From Candidatus Peregrinibacteria bacterium (GTDB lineage Bacteria; Patescibacteriota; Gracilibacteria; UBA1369; JACRIC01): DNA of 64,000 nt. The translations under genes were made by a program, and so were the position numbers. Within the stretch, counting starts at the first letter, position 1. Each line of letters begins with the position of its first letter. The notes beneath the pieces are model-generated. The model saw only the letters and a list, made by a program, of their open reading frames with translations, made no database searches and was not told the origin of the DNA. The stretch lies in the NCBI GenBank assembly GCA_016188705.1, contig JACPHH010000016.1, positions 21,690 through 85,689 on the forward strand, given 5' to 3'. This document shows positions 9,769 to 18,563 of this stretch, one piece after another.

Positions 9769-11190
9769 TTATAAGCCCATCTCTTTTTTAAGAGCATTCA
9801 TATCGCGCACCAAAGTAGTGCTTGTACGCAATTTTTTTATAATCATTTCACAACCATGAAGCACGGTCGTATGGCTGCGATTGCCAAAATCAAGACCAAT
9901 ATTTTCATAAGACCTTCCGAGTTCATGTCGAATAAGGTACATCGAAATCTGTCTTGGAAGCATGATCTCCTTGCGGCGCGACTCGCCAATGAGATCGCTT
10001 TTAGTTATTTTAAAATAATCAGCCACGATTTCGATAACATCTTCCGGAGCGCGAGCAATGGAACGATGAGCTGCTTGTTCATCAAAACCAGCCACGGGCT
10101 CATCTTTTGAAAGTTTTTTCAACAACAAACCGACGCTTCGTACGGTCGGCGTGCTATTTTCCAACTGCGCTTGAGCAATAGCCTGAAGAAGAACACCTTC
10201 AAGTTCTCGAATACTGTGATGCACATTAAAAGCAATAAATTCCAAAACTTCCGCGGGAATAATGGCGTTATGCTCGGGACATTTTGCATGGAGTATCGCA
10301 AGCCGAGTCTCATAATCAGGAAATTGAACATCCACTATCATACCCATCCCAAATCGACTCATGAGACGATCCTGGACGCCTTTGAGTTCCCGAGGAGGCC
10401 GATCCGAACTGATAATGATTTGCTTATTATTATCGTACAGCTCATTAAAAGTATGAAAAAATTCTTCCTGCGTCATTTCCTTATTTCCCAAAAATTGAAT
10501 ATCATCAATGATAAGACAATCAACCTGGCGATAACGATCCTTAAATTGTTTCGTATTTCTTCTTCCTATAGCCTCAACGATTTCATTCATAAAACGTTCC
10601 GCCGTAATATAGACGACAACACTTTCCGGAAAACGCTTTAAAATAGCATTGCCAGTTGCCTGCAAAAGATGCGTCTTTCCAAGTCCAACACCTCCATAAA
10701 TAAAAAGCGGATTATATTCCGAACCCGGCCGCGAGCAAACCGCAGAACAAGCGGCATGAGCCAAACGGTTATCAGGACCGACGACAAAATTTTCCAAACG
10801 ATAACGTTCATTCAAAAATTTACTTTGAACACCATCATGGGTAACGCGCATCACCGATTTATTAGGCAATTTTCGAATGGATTTTACAGGTTTTTCAACG
10901 AGTGTTTGAATATTAACCGCCCGTTCATCCTGACCAGCTTTTAAGCTGGACATAACGACATACTCAATCGATTCAATCTGAGGACGAATGCTTTTTATCG
11001 CGTCGATAATGAACTGATGATACTTTTTTTGAAGCCAGTCTTTCGCAAAAGGATTCGGCACGCCAACGGCAACCGTAGTATCGTTAACATCGAGAATAGC
11101 CGTGTCCTGAAACCATGTCACAAAATTAGAACGCTTGAGTTTCGGCTCAATAGAAAGGAGTACCTGTTTCCAAAATTCCAAATGATCCAT
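9769..11190 (-). CDS. dnaA: chromosomal replication initiator protein DnaA
   Basis: 473 aa. Walker A GGVGLGKTHLLQA, Walker B LIIDDIQFL, sensor and box VII blocks, and the C-terminal DNA-binding domain (ISMYLIRHELGRSYENIGLDFGNRSHTTVLH). Confidence 0.95.
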   Translation of the reverse strand: MDHLEFWKQVLLSIEPKLKRSNFVTWFQDTAILDVNDTTVAVGVPNPFAKDWLQKKYHQFIIDAIKSIRPQIESIEYVVMSSLKAGQDERAVNIQTLVEKPVKSIRKLPNKSVMRVTHDGVQSKFLNERYRLENFVVGPDNRLAHAACSAVCSRPGSEYNPLFIYGGVGLGKTHLLQATGNAILKRFPESVVVYITAERFMNEIVEAIGRRNTKQFKDRYRQVDCLIIDDIQFLGNKEMTQEEFFHTFNELYDNNKQIIISSDRPPRELKGVQDRLMSRFGMGMIVDVQFPDYETRLAILHAKCPEHNAIIPAEVLEFIAFNVHHSIRELEGVLLQAIAQAQLENSTPTVRSVGLLLKKLSKDEPVAGFDEQAAHRSIARAPEDVIEIVADYFKITKSDLIGESRRKEIMLPRQISMYLIRHELGRSYENIGLDFGNRSHTTVLHGCEMIIKKLRTSTTLVRDMNALKKEMGL

Positions 11191-11196
11191 AAACAG

Positions 11197-12870
11197 CTAA
11201 GATTGAGGGCTAAAAATGCGAACAATATCATTAAAAGTCACCATAATGATAAGCAGCATAAGCAAAGCATAACCCATACCGTGTATCATAGATTCGAAAC
11301 GAGCATTTGCTCGTTTTCCACGAATAATTTCAACCACAATAAAAAGAAGACGGCCTCCGTCAAGCGCGGGAATCGGAAGAATATTAATCACGCCCAAACT
11401 TAAGGAAAGAAGCGCTGTAAAACGGACAATGGAAAGAAAACCTTGTTTTACGAAAACATGAGTAAGTTGGGCAATGCCAATGGGGCCTGCGACTTCTGAG
11501 GGAACGCGGCCTTCGGAAGTAAGTTTTTGAACCACATTCACAAACATTGAAACCGTAATTTTTGATAAACGCCCAAGTTCGCTCCAGGCCTGAATCGGAG
11601 CTTGCCAAAAAGGATATTTTACAGGACTAATATGAACCACTGAAGTCAAAAGGGAATCGTCATATACTTTGATTCCTGCATACGGATCGCCAAGAACTTG
11701 CGAGAGAACCACTCCCATATAGCCTTGATTATCAGGAACAACTGTAATCGGAAAATTCTGTCCCGAACGGTTCACAACTATTTCGAGAGGCGAGTCGGGA
11801 TATTCTTTCGTAATCGCCCTAACATCCTCAAAGGTTAAAACTTTTTTTCCCTGAACGCTCTGAATCTCATCCCCAGGCTTCAGCCCTGCGGTTTCAGCTG
11901 CGGATTGAGGCAAAACACTACTTACTGCGACAATCGCATTTTGAGAAAAAGGCACCGAAAATTTTATGCGTTCATTATTACGCAAAATTTCATACTCCGT
12001 CGAATCTTTGTATCCGATAGAATCCTCAAGATCTTTAGCAAAATAGAGTTCCTGACCATTCACGCGAAGAATAATATCTCCTGGAAGAATACCTGAAGAA
12101 TAGGCCAAAGAATTGGCATCAATAGAATGAACTCGAACCCGTGGAAGTTCCAGAAGTTCATGCAGAACAAGCCCGCTTTCTTTTTCTGGAACATCAGTAA
12201 GCTGTAAAACAACGGTATTCGCGTTTCTTTGAATTTTAACCTCTTTTATTCCATACTTTCGAATCGTGGCAAAAAAATCTTGAACCGTAAAAACGCGTTC
12301 TGTTTCAAAGCCAAGAATACGGTCTCCCGGATTAAAACCTGTTTTTTCAGCAAAACTTCCTGGCTCCACATTTTTCACCAACATGCCCGGCTGAACTTCC
12401 ATGGTTCCGTTACTAATATTAGAGAGAACATCTTCCCCATTCACAATAAGTGGCTCAATGCCAAAGGTAAAACCAATGTCCAAAAGAATAAACGCGAGTA
12501 AAAAATTCATGACTACTCCCGCGACAATAACTTTCATGCGAGCAAATATGCTTTTATTCACAAAACTGCGAGGATTTTTGAGAGACTGAGAATCGCGGAT
12601 ATCTTCTCCTAAAAGCCTAACAAAACCCCCAAAAGGAATGGCATTAAGGGAATAAACAGTTTCACCATATTTTTTTCCAAATATTCTTGGAGGAAGTCCC
12701 AACCCAAACTCCTGCACATATATATCGGCTCGCTTTGCCATGATAAAATGACCAAATTCATGCACAAGAATAAGAAGTGAAAAAATAATAAAAAATGCCA
12801 GAATTGAAATAAAAATACTCATACGAAAATAAAAATAAGTAATGGGAAAAATTAAACGATATATGTTCAA
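11197..12870 (-). CDS. rseP: RIP site-2 metalloprotease RseP (M50 family) with multiple PDZ domains
   Basis: HEFGHF zinc motif, PDZ-like repeats, and the C-terminal LSLSLGVINILPIPALDGG motif. The likely true start is the Met at 12822 (MSIFISILAFF). Confidence 0.9.
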   Translation of the reverse strand: MNIYRLIFPITYFYFRMSIFISILAFFIIFSLLILVHEFGHFIMAKRADIYVQEFGLGLPPRIFGKKYGETVYSLNAIPFGGFVRLLGEDIRDSQSLKNPRSFVNKSIFARMKVIVAGVVMNFLLAFILLDIGFTFGIEPLIVNGEDVLSNISNGTMEVQPGMLVKNVEPGSFAEKTGFNPGDRILGFETERVFTVQDFFATIRKYGIKEVKIQRNANTVVLQLTDVPEKESGLVLHELLELPRVRVHSIDANSLAYSSGILPGDIILRVNGQELYFAKDLEDSIGYKDSTEYEILRNNERIKFSVPFSQNAIVAVSSVLPQSAAETAGLKPGDEIQSVQGKKVLTFEDVRAITKEYPDSPLEIVVNRSGQNFPITVVPDNQGYMGVVLSQVLGDPYAGIKVYDDSLLTSVVHISPVKYPFWQAPIQAWSELGRLSKITVSMFVNVVQKLTSEGRVPSEVAGPIGIAQLTHVFVKQGFLSIVRFTALLSLSLGVINILPIPALDGGRLLFIVVEIIRGKRANARFESMIHGMGYALLMLLIIMVTFNDIVRIFSPQS

Positions 12871-12897
12871 TAATTTAAGACGCTATGTATAAGATAA

Positions 12898-13458
12898 TTA
12901 CACGGTCATTATATCTTTTTCTTTGCTTTTCGCGAGTTCAAGTATAACTTCATTCACCGCATCAACTTTTTCCTGCATTTTCTTTTCACCGCCAAAATAT
13001 TCATTTTCACCGATTTTCTTGTCTTGCTCAAGCTTTTTCATCGCAGTCAAAACATGCTGTCTCGCGTGACGAACTGAAATTCGCGCTTCTTCCGCAAATT
13101 TATGTACTACTTTCACCAATTCCTGGCGTCGTTCCTGCGTAAGAGCTGGAATGGGTATTCGTATCGTGGAACCATCATCGGAAGGATTCAAATTGAGTTC
13201 GGAAGTCTGAATCGATTTTAAAATCGATACAAGAACATTTTTATCCCATGGCTGAAGCGTAATAGTTCGAGCGTCAGTCACCATAATACTGGCAACGGCT
13301 TTCAAAGGTTGCCTGGAACCGTACGCTTCAACTAAAATACCTTCAACTAAAGCAGCATTGGCTCTCCCAATATTGAGGCGTGAATATTCTTCTTTCAAAT
13401 GATTCAAAATTTTCTGGAATTCTTTTTCCGAATCAGTAAGAAATGATGAGATCGACAT
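12898..13458 (-). CDS. frr: ribosome recycling factor
   Basis: 186 aa. LNIGRANAALVEGILVEAYG, IRIPIPALTQERRQELVK and ARISVRHARQ blocks. Confidence 0.95.
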   Translation of the reverse strand: MSISSFLTDSEKEFQKILNHLKEEYSRLNIGRANAALVEGILVEAYGSRQPLKAVASIMVTDARTITLQPWDKNVLVSILKSIQTSELNLNPSDDGSTIRIPIPALTQERRQELVKVVHKFAEEARISVRHARQHVLTAMKKLEQDKKIGENEYFGGEKKMQEKVDAVNEVILELAKSKEKDIMTV

Positions 13459-13467
13459 AAATAAAAG

Positions 13468-14193
13468 TTAAGAAACAAGGGTTCCGACGTGATCACCATT
13501 GCAGGCCTTCAGAAGATTACCTTTTTTCAAAACATTAAAAATCCGAATAGGCAAATGAGCTTCCTGGCAAAGTGATACAGCGGTCAGGTCCATGACCATA
13601 AGCCGCTTTGCAAGTATATCCGAAAAAGAAAGAGAATCAAATGATTTGGCGTTACGATGCTTCATGGGGTCTTTATCATAAACATAATCCACTTTTGTCG
13701 CTTTAAGGAGTTCTTCACATCCAAGTTCAAGGGCGCTCAAAGCAGCCGCTGAATCCGTGGTAAAATAAGGATTTCCAGTGCCTCCAGCCAATATAACAAC
13801 ATCGCCCGACATCAAATGATTACGTGCTGTTTCACGAAAGTAACGAGGAATAATTTGAGGCGCGTCGATGCGAGAAAAAGCAACAGCTGATATATGTTCT
13901 TTGAGAAGCATTCCTTTAAAAACAACGGCATTCATGAGAGTTGCCAACATTCCCAAAAAATCCGAATCGCTTCGCTCAATGGGAAGATCAATACAATCAC
14001 GATACCGCCAAATATTTCCGCCGCCAATGGTAATCGCCAACTGACATCCTCCAGCATGAATCTCTTTTATTTCGCGAATAATATTTTCCATCCGTGACAG
14101 CTCAAAAACACTTTCTCCATCACCGGAAAAAACTTCTCCTGAAAGTTTCAACATAACCCGTTTCTTTTTTTTCACCATATTTTTCTCTGCCAT
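13468..14193 (-). CDS. pyrH: UMP kinase
   Basis: 241 aa. VMLKLSGE, ITIGGGNIWR, GMLATLMNA, ILAGGTGNPYFTTDSAAALSA and VDYVYDKDP blocks. Confidence 0.95.
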   Translation of the reverse strand: MAEKNMVKKKKRVMLKLSGEVFSGDGESVFELSRMENIIREIKEIHAGGCQLAITIGGGNIWRYRDCIDLPIERSDSDFLGMLATLMNAVVFKGMLLKEHISAVAFSRIDAPQIIPRYFRETARNHLMSGDVVILAGGTGNPYFTTDSAAALSALELGCEELLKATKVDYVYDKDPMKHRNAKSFDSLSFSDILAKRLMVMDLTAVSLCQEAHLPIRIFNVLKKGNLLKACNGDHVGTLVS

Positions 14194-14307
14194 ATCGATA
14201 TTTTTTTACGCTCTATATAAATCTACCTTACATTCATGAGCATACTAAATTTCGAAAGAGAAAATGTCAACGAAAGCAATAGGAGTTGTTCACCGCTTTT
14301 GTTGAAG

Positions 14308-14527
14308 CATACTCTTTTTCTTTTGAATACATATGCTGGCAGGCGGAAGTTCGGAGCGAGTTACTCAGGCTGGTTTTCAAAAAGAGGCGAAAATGAGCGT
14401 TAAAAAATGTGTAGCCGATAGCATTTTTAGCGAATTTTCGTCCTTTTTGATCCAGCCGAGTATCCGAGCGACGAGCCCCCGCCTCCCAGCATATGTACTT
14501 TTTTTCAAAGGAAAAAGCGTATGATCC
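14308..14527 (+). mobile_element. MITE-like palindromic element, copy 1
   Basis: Near-identical core to 24093-24317 (inverted) and 39596-39809. It has ~35 bp imperfect terminal inverted repeats and is flanked on both sides by TTTTGTTGAAG (14297-14307 and 14529-14539). Confidence 0.7.
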
Positions 14528-14606
14528 ATTTTGTTGAAGAAATGCCAAAATTTTAATTGACAATATGACATCAAATATTGTAAAATGAATAAATAAAAAC
14601 ATAATT

Positions 14607-17435
14607 ATGTTTTCAAAAAACAAACCTTCAAAAAAACGTCTTTCCTGGAATATTTTTTTCCTGCTTTTAATAGCGGCTATGGCGCTCATATTGCTAATCA
14701 ACATACGATTTGAAGGACAAATCGCGATTTTTCAAAAAAAAATCTCAAGAACAGAACAAAAAACCCTTGAACTCAAAGGAATAAATCTTGGCGCGGATAC
14801 CTATATTTATAAATGGAGCGAAGGAAATGATAACTACGTGACAAAATCCAACCTTATGGCAAGAAGAAAAAAAGATTCTGCAGTATTTATAAAATTTTCA
14901 TCAAATGCTTTTCCAAGTACCAGTATTTCAAGCGCTATTCTCACATTAACCGCCTCAAGCGTGGAAAATGAAAACGATGGAGCTCTTTTCAAAATATATA
15001 GAATACTGCCGGAATATTCCTGGAATTCTGAAACAATACGATGGATTGATGTAGACACAAACTACGACCAAAATATAGCAGATGCTGAAATATTCTATGA
15101 TACCACGGCAGTAGCGTCTGTATCAGCCAATAGATTAAAAATAGGACAAACCATTTCATTCGATATTACGAACCTCATGAAATTATGGGCAGGCGGAACA
15201 TCCAATAACGGACTTGTTATTTTTAATGAAGGAACCAAGGGACAAGTCGATTTTGCGAGCACTGAATCAACTGACACGTCAAAACAAGCCATTCTTACGA
15301 TAAAATACACGCCAGCAAGTGATACGGATCAAGACGGAATTACTGACGATGTGGATAATTGTCCGACAATAGCAAATGCGAACCAGGGAGATGGGGATCA
15401 TGATGGACAGGGAGATATTTGCGATAATGATGATCGAGATATCATGAATTCTACGGATTGGTCATATGTGGAATACGAAGCGCTTCAAAAATACAAAATG
15501 CTTGCAGATTTTTGGAAAGCTCGCGTGGCTCCAACAAGCGATGACTTTTTTAACGTTGGAGGAGGATGGAATGATGACGTCGAACTCGCGGCTTCTCTGA
15601 CGGGATATTGGTATTTGACAGGAGATTCATCGTTAAAAGACATGTTTGAACTCATGGCGGATACAATCCAAAAAGAACCCTACGTAGGCTCAAAATCAAG
15701 TCCATGGGTTCAACCAGGCGATCACAGGATAGAACAAGGTTTTAGCACCGTGATGCTGGACGTTGAACATTCCGCGGAAGAAACGACACTGGTTTTTCCA
15801 AGAATGACGCTTGTGGACTTCGGCGAACCAAAAAATATTGAACTTATGACACGAACCATCTGGAATTTCCAGGATAATGTCGCGCAAAACGGCTATACTG
15901 AACAAAACTGGGCCGTGGATATCGGTATAAATAAAATGCTCATGAGAAGTCCAAGATACAATGCGCGAAACGTCGACTTTACTTGGGTTATTCCAGAACC
16001 TGATAAAACGATTGAACCGCAAGACGTGGTAGAAAACTTCAAAACTACGATGCCCGGGCTTTCGATTGCATGGTATTACGGGCCAAATCATTATTTCTGG
16101 CAGGATGCAGGATTTATGAAAAAACACGCCAATGCCTGGATTGAAGCCAGCAAACTAACAATGTCATCTCAAAATGGCATTACGGAAAAACCAGCCGAAA
16201 TTCCACCTTCAAAAATTCTCCTTACAAGTATGCCCGATCAAAAAATCTGGAATTTCGACGACTGGCAAAAAAATCAATCCGACACTGAAGGATACGATGG
16301 AGGGTGGATAAACGGAGCATGGGTATTCCGTCATTTTTATAGCGCCATGATTGCTGATTGGATGCTTTTTAAAAACACAAATGAGACCTTTGCGACCGAC
16401 GCGTCAAATATCGTGGAAAAAGCATTTCATTACCGACAAAATGGCCTGAAAATTGGAGAAAATAGTCTTTCGCTCGATCGACAATACATGCAATGGAGAG
16501 CTGAAGTTTCGAGCGCTCCTGATGATCAGCTCTTTTTGGACACCAGAAAATCAAAAGATTCCGACACAAGGATGACGGCTTATCACATCTATCTTCAACG
16601 CGGAGATATTAAAAACGCCGTCGCGTTGGCTTGGGATGGATTTAATCACATTCGCGACACCTTAAATTCCTATTATACTTCATGGACCGATGACATAGTG
16701 ACAAGCGGAGTAACGGATAATGTAAAATTCGAAGAAACCGATTCATGGATGATGGGCGCATTAGGAGGAGCGGGAATCTATGATGGAGCCTATCCAAGTA
16801 TTTACATGTCGCTCAATAAAACCGACGCAAAAGTTTCCACGCTCATGCTCGAAAAATCTGATACAAAAATAAAATTCTGGGCCTACAATTTTGACGCGAT
16901 AAATAAAGAAATCGGGGTACGGCTCTGGAGGCTCAAAGATGGATCGGGAAAAATAACCATTGCGCGTGATAGCGATAAAGACGGACAATCAACAGATATA
17001 ATTTACGCCGCGGATGTTCCTGACACAGGACGCGGTCAAGAGCTAAACTTTATACTGCCGTTACAAAAACTTTACATTGTAACAATCGAAGTAACCTCGC
17101 CAAAAACACAAGATTTCAGCGCTTTACCAGATCCGGCAATCGGCCGAAAAGATTATCGATATGAAAACGGCAACGTATATCTTGATATTCACAACATTGG
17201 TTTGAAAGAAGCACGAGGAGTGGTGGTAAAAGTACTGAAATCAGACGTGAATAAAACAGAACTGGGACGCGCAACCATTGATCTTGCAGGTTTCACAAGC
17301 ATGAACCCCGTTATACAGTCGGTAACATTCGATATCGGTTCAAAAATAACAACTTCGTCCGACATTGGCGAAATTGTACTGGAATTCAATTCAGATGAAA
17401 TCACCAAGCTTAATAATGTCTTGATAGTGAACTAA
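14607..17435 (+). CDS. large secreted/anchored protein: DNRLRE-like carbohydrate-binding domain, thrombospondin type-3 Ca-binding repeats and a large uncharacterised domain
   Basis: N-terminal TM helix. AILTLTASSV...FKIYRILPEYSWNSETIRW resembles the DNRLRE domain. DTDQDGITDDVDNCPTIANANQGDGDHDGQGDICDND is a TSP3-type repeat. The remaining ~650 aa were not recognised. Confidence 0.6.
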   Translation: MFSKNKPSKKRLSWNIFFLLLIAAMALILLINIRFEGQIAIFQKKISRTEQKTLELKGINLGADTYIYKWSEGNDNYVTKSNLMARRKKDSAVFIKFSSNAFPSTSISSAILTLTASSVENENDGALFKIYRILPEYSWNSETIRWIDVDTNYDQNIADAEIFYDTTAVASVSANRLKIGQTISFDITNLMKLWAGGTSNNGLVIFNEGTKGQVDFASTESTDTSKQAILTIKYTPASDTDQDGITDDVDNCPTIANANQGDGDHDGQGDICDNDDRDIMNSTDWSYVEYEALQKYKMLADFWKARVAPTSDDFFNVGGGWNDDVELAASLTGYWYLTGDSSLKDMFELMADTIQKEPYVGSKSSPWVQPGDHRIEQGFSTVMLDVEHSAEETTLVFPRMTLVDFGEPKNIELMTRTIWNFQDNVAQNGYTEQNWAVDIGINKMLMRSPRYNARNVDFTWVIPEPDKTIEPQDVVENFKTTMPGLSIAWYYGPNHYFWQDAGFMKKHANAWIEASKLTMSSQNGITEKPAEIPPSKILLTSMPDQKIWNFDDWQKNQSDTEGYDGGWINGAWVFRHFYSAMIADWMLFKNTNETFATDASNIVEKAFHYRQNGLKIGENSLSLDRQYMQWRAEVSSAPDDQLFLDTRKSKDSDTRMTAYHIYLQRGDIKNAVALAWDGFNHIRDTLNSYYTSWTDDIVTSGVTDNVKFEETDSWMMGALGGAGIYDGAYPSIYMSLNKTDAKVSTLMLEKSDTKIKFWAYNFDAINKEIGVRLWRLKDGSGKITIARDSDKDGQSTDIIYAADVPDTGRGQELNFILPLQKLYIVTIEVTSPKTQDFSALPDPAIGRKDYRYENGNVYLDIHNIGLKEARGVVVKVLKSDVNKTELGRATIDLAGFTSMNPVIQSVTFDIGSKITTSSDIGEIVLEFNSDEITKLNNVLIVN

Positions 17436-17462
17436 GAAACCTTAAAAAATCACGAAAACTCA
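17433..17462 (+). repeat. stop-anchored intergenic repeat copy
   Basis: TAAGAAACCTTAAAAAATCACGAAAACTC begins at the stop codon of the 942-aa gene. Confidence 0.55.
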
Positions 17463-17517
17463 AGCTTATAAACCAACTTCTTTCTTCCTCCAACCAGCCA
17501 CAAAAAAAATACATTAA

Positions 17518-17562
17518 GTCAAAATTTCGTAATGAAAATCTATTTTTCTAAAAAGTTCTCTA
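17518..17562 (-). repeat. stop-anchored intergenic repeat copy
   Basis: The minus strand reads TAGAGAACTTTTTAGAAAAATAGATTTTCATTACGAAATTTTGAC and begins at the stop codon of 17560..18063. Confidence 0.55.
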
Positions 17563-18063
17563 AAGCTTCAAAAGAATGTAGGTTATGCCAACACCAAGAA
17601 CAATGCCGACAACAAATACCCAAGGAAGACGGTTAGGACCAGCGTCTTCATGACAGGAAGCTAAGTCAGCTAAAAGGTCAGCCGAAAGAATAATTTCCTC
17701 TTCACCGCGCGTTTTGAGAACTGTATCAAAATCATGCGTGGCAACCAGTTGAACAAAATTCGTAAAATGCATTTTTACCTTATCCCCAATTTCAGGCATT
17801 TTTTCATACATAGTTGCGTCCGTTTCAGCCATATCAGAATTTTCAGTCGCATCAAAACCTTCACCTGCATGAGAATTTTGAAAATTCTGACTACTCAAAT
17901 CAAACTTTTGATCTCCATTACGCGACAATTCGACAGAAACTTCTTCAATGGGAGTTACTTCAAAATGCTCAGACTCCCGGGATTTCTTTTTTTTCTTTAT
18001 ATCATCCATAATATCGTTCATAAAAGTTAAAAAAATATTAAAAACGTATCGATGAAGAAACAT
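17560..18063 (-). CDS. hypothetical acidic protein with a C-terminal TM anchor
   Basis: 167 aa ORF with a C-terminal hydrophobic segment (LPWVFVVGIVLGVGITYILL). No motif was recognised. Confidence 0.45.
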   Translation of the reverse strand: MFLHRYVFNIFLTFMNDIMDDIKKKKKSRESEHFEVTPIEEVSVELSRNGDQKFDLSSQNFQNSHAGEGFDATENSDMAETDATMYEKMPEIGDKVKMHFTNFVQLVATHDFDTVLKTRGEEEIILSADLLADLASCHEDAGPNRLPWVFVVGIVLGVGITYILLKL

Positions 18064-18107
18064 GAATCACGAAATCCGCTGTAAAATGAAAAAATAAATT
18101 CTTGAAT

Positions 18108-18560
18108 TCATGCATCCTTTTTCCCAGAGCGAGAGTTCTTTTCCGTCTGATCTTGCGAACGTAATTTTTCTATTTCAGGAAATTCAAAACGCTTCTCTTT
18201 TCGATATATCCTCTTAAAAAGATTCATAGCATAATTCCAAACATTTTGAAAGAAATTAAATACATGTTGAAATTTACCCGATGCTAAATCAGAGACCAAA
18301 GGAATTTTAGCGTATTGACCTTGCGCCGCATAAATAAAACCCATAATCATGCCAGCGACCACGAAAATTTCAAGTATACGGCCAATAAAAGGTATCATCC
18401 AAAAAATAACAGAAAAAACAAAAAGAACACTCCCCTGCCGTGAATGAAACTGAACAAAAGCGCTATCCTTACGAAACGAAAAAATAATAATGGAAAGAAT
18501 CCATATATACGAAACCGCGGCTATATCCTTATTTTCACGAATATCATCAATGTCGCCCAT
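18108..18560 (-). CDS. DUF4870-like small membrane protein
   Basis: AAVSYIWILSIIIFSFRKDSAFVQFHSRQGSVLFVFSVIFWMIPFIG matches the DUF4870 pattern. It lies 4 nt downstream of pilT. Confidence 0.6.
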   Translation of the reverse strand: MGDIDDIRENKDIAAVSYIWILSIIIFSFRKDSAFVQFHSRQGSVLFVFSVIFWMIPFIGRILEIFVVAGMIMGFIYAAQGQYAKIPLVSDLASGKFQHVFNFFQNVWNYAMNLFKRIYRKEKRFEFPEIEKLRSQDQTEKNSRSGKKDA

Positions 18561-18563
18561 ACT

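Noticed and set aside
9755-11200. Replication origin (oriC) next to dnaA.
   Set aside because: There is no intergenic DNA on either side of dnaA (gaps of 6 and 13 nt). No cluster of TTATCCACA-like boxes was seen here or in the larger spacers of the window.
14333-14524. Conserved ~63-aa ORFs (MLAGGSSERVTQAGFQKEAKMSVKKCVADSIFSEFSSFLIQPSIR...) present three times (14333..14524 +, 24055..24288 -, 39615..39806 +), which could look like a small multi-copy protein family.
   Set aside because: The conservation is at nucleotide level and extends beyond the ORFs into the terminal inverted repeats. The opposite strand also shows long ORFs. The differences between copies are indels or fall in helix positions rather than following a codon pattern. 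These are best explained as frames passing through the MITE-like element.
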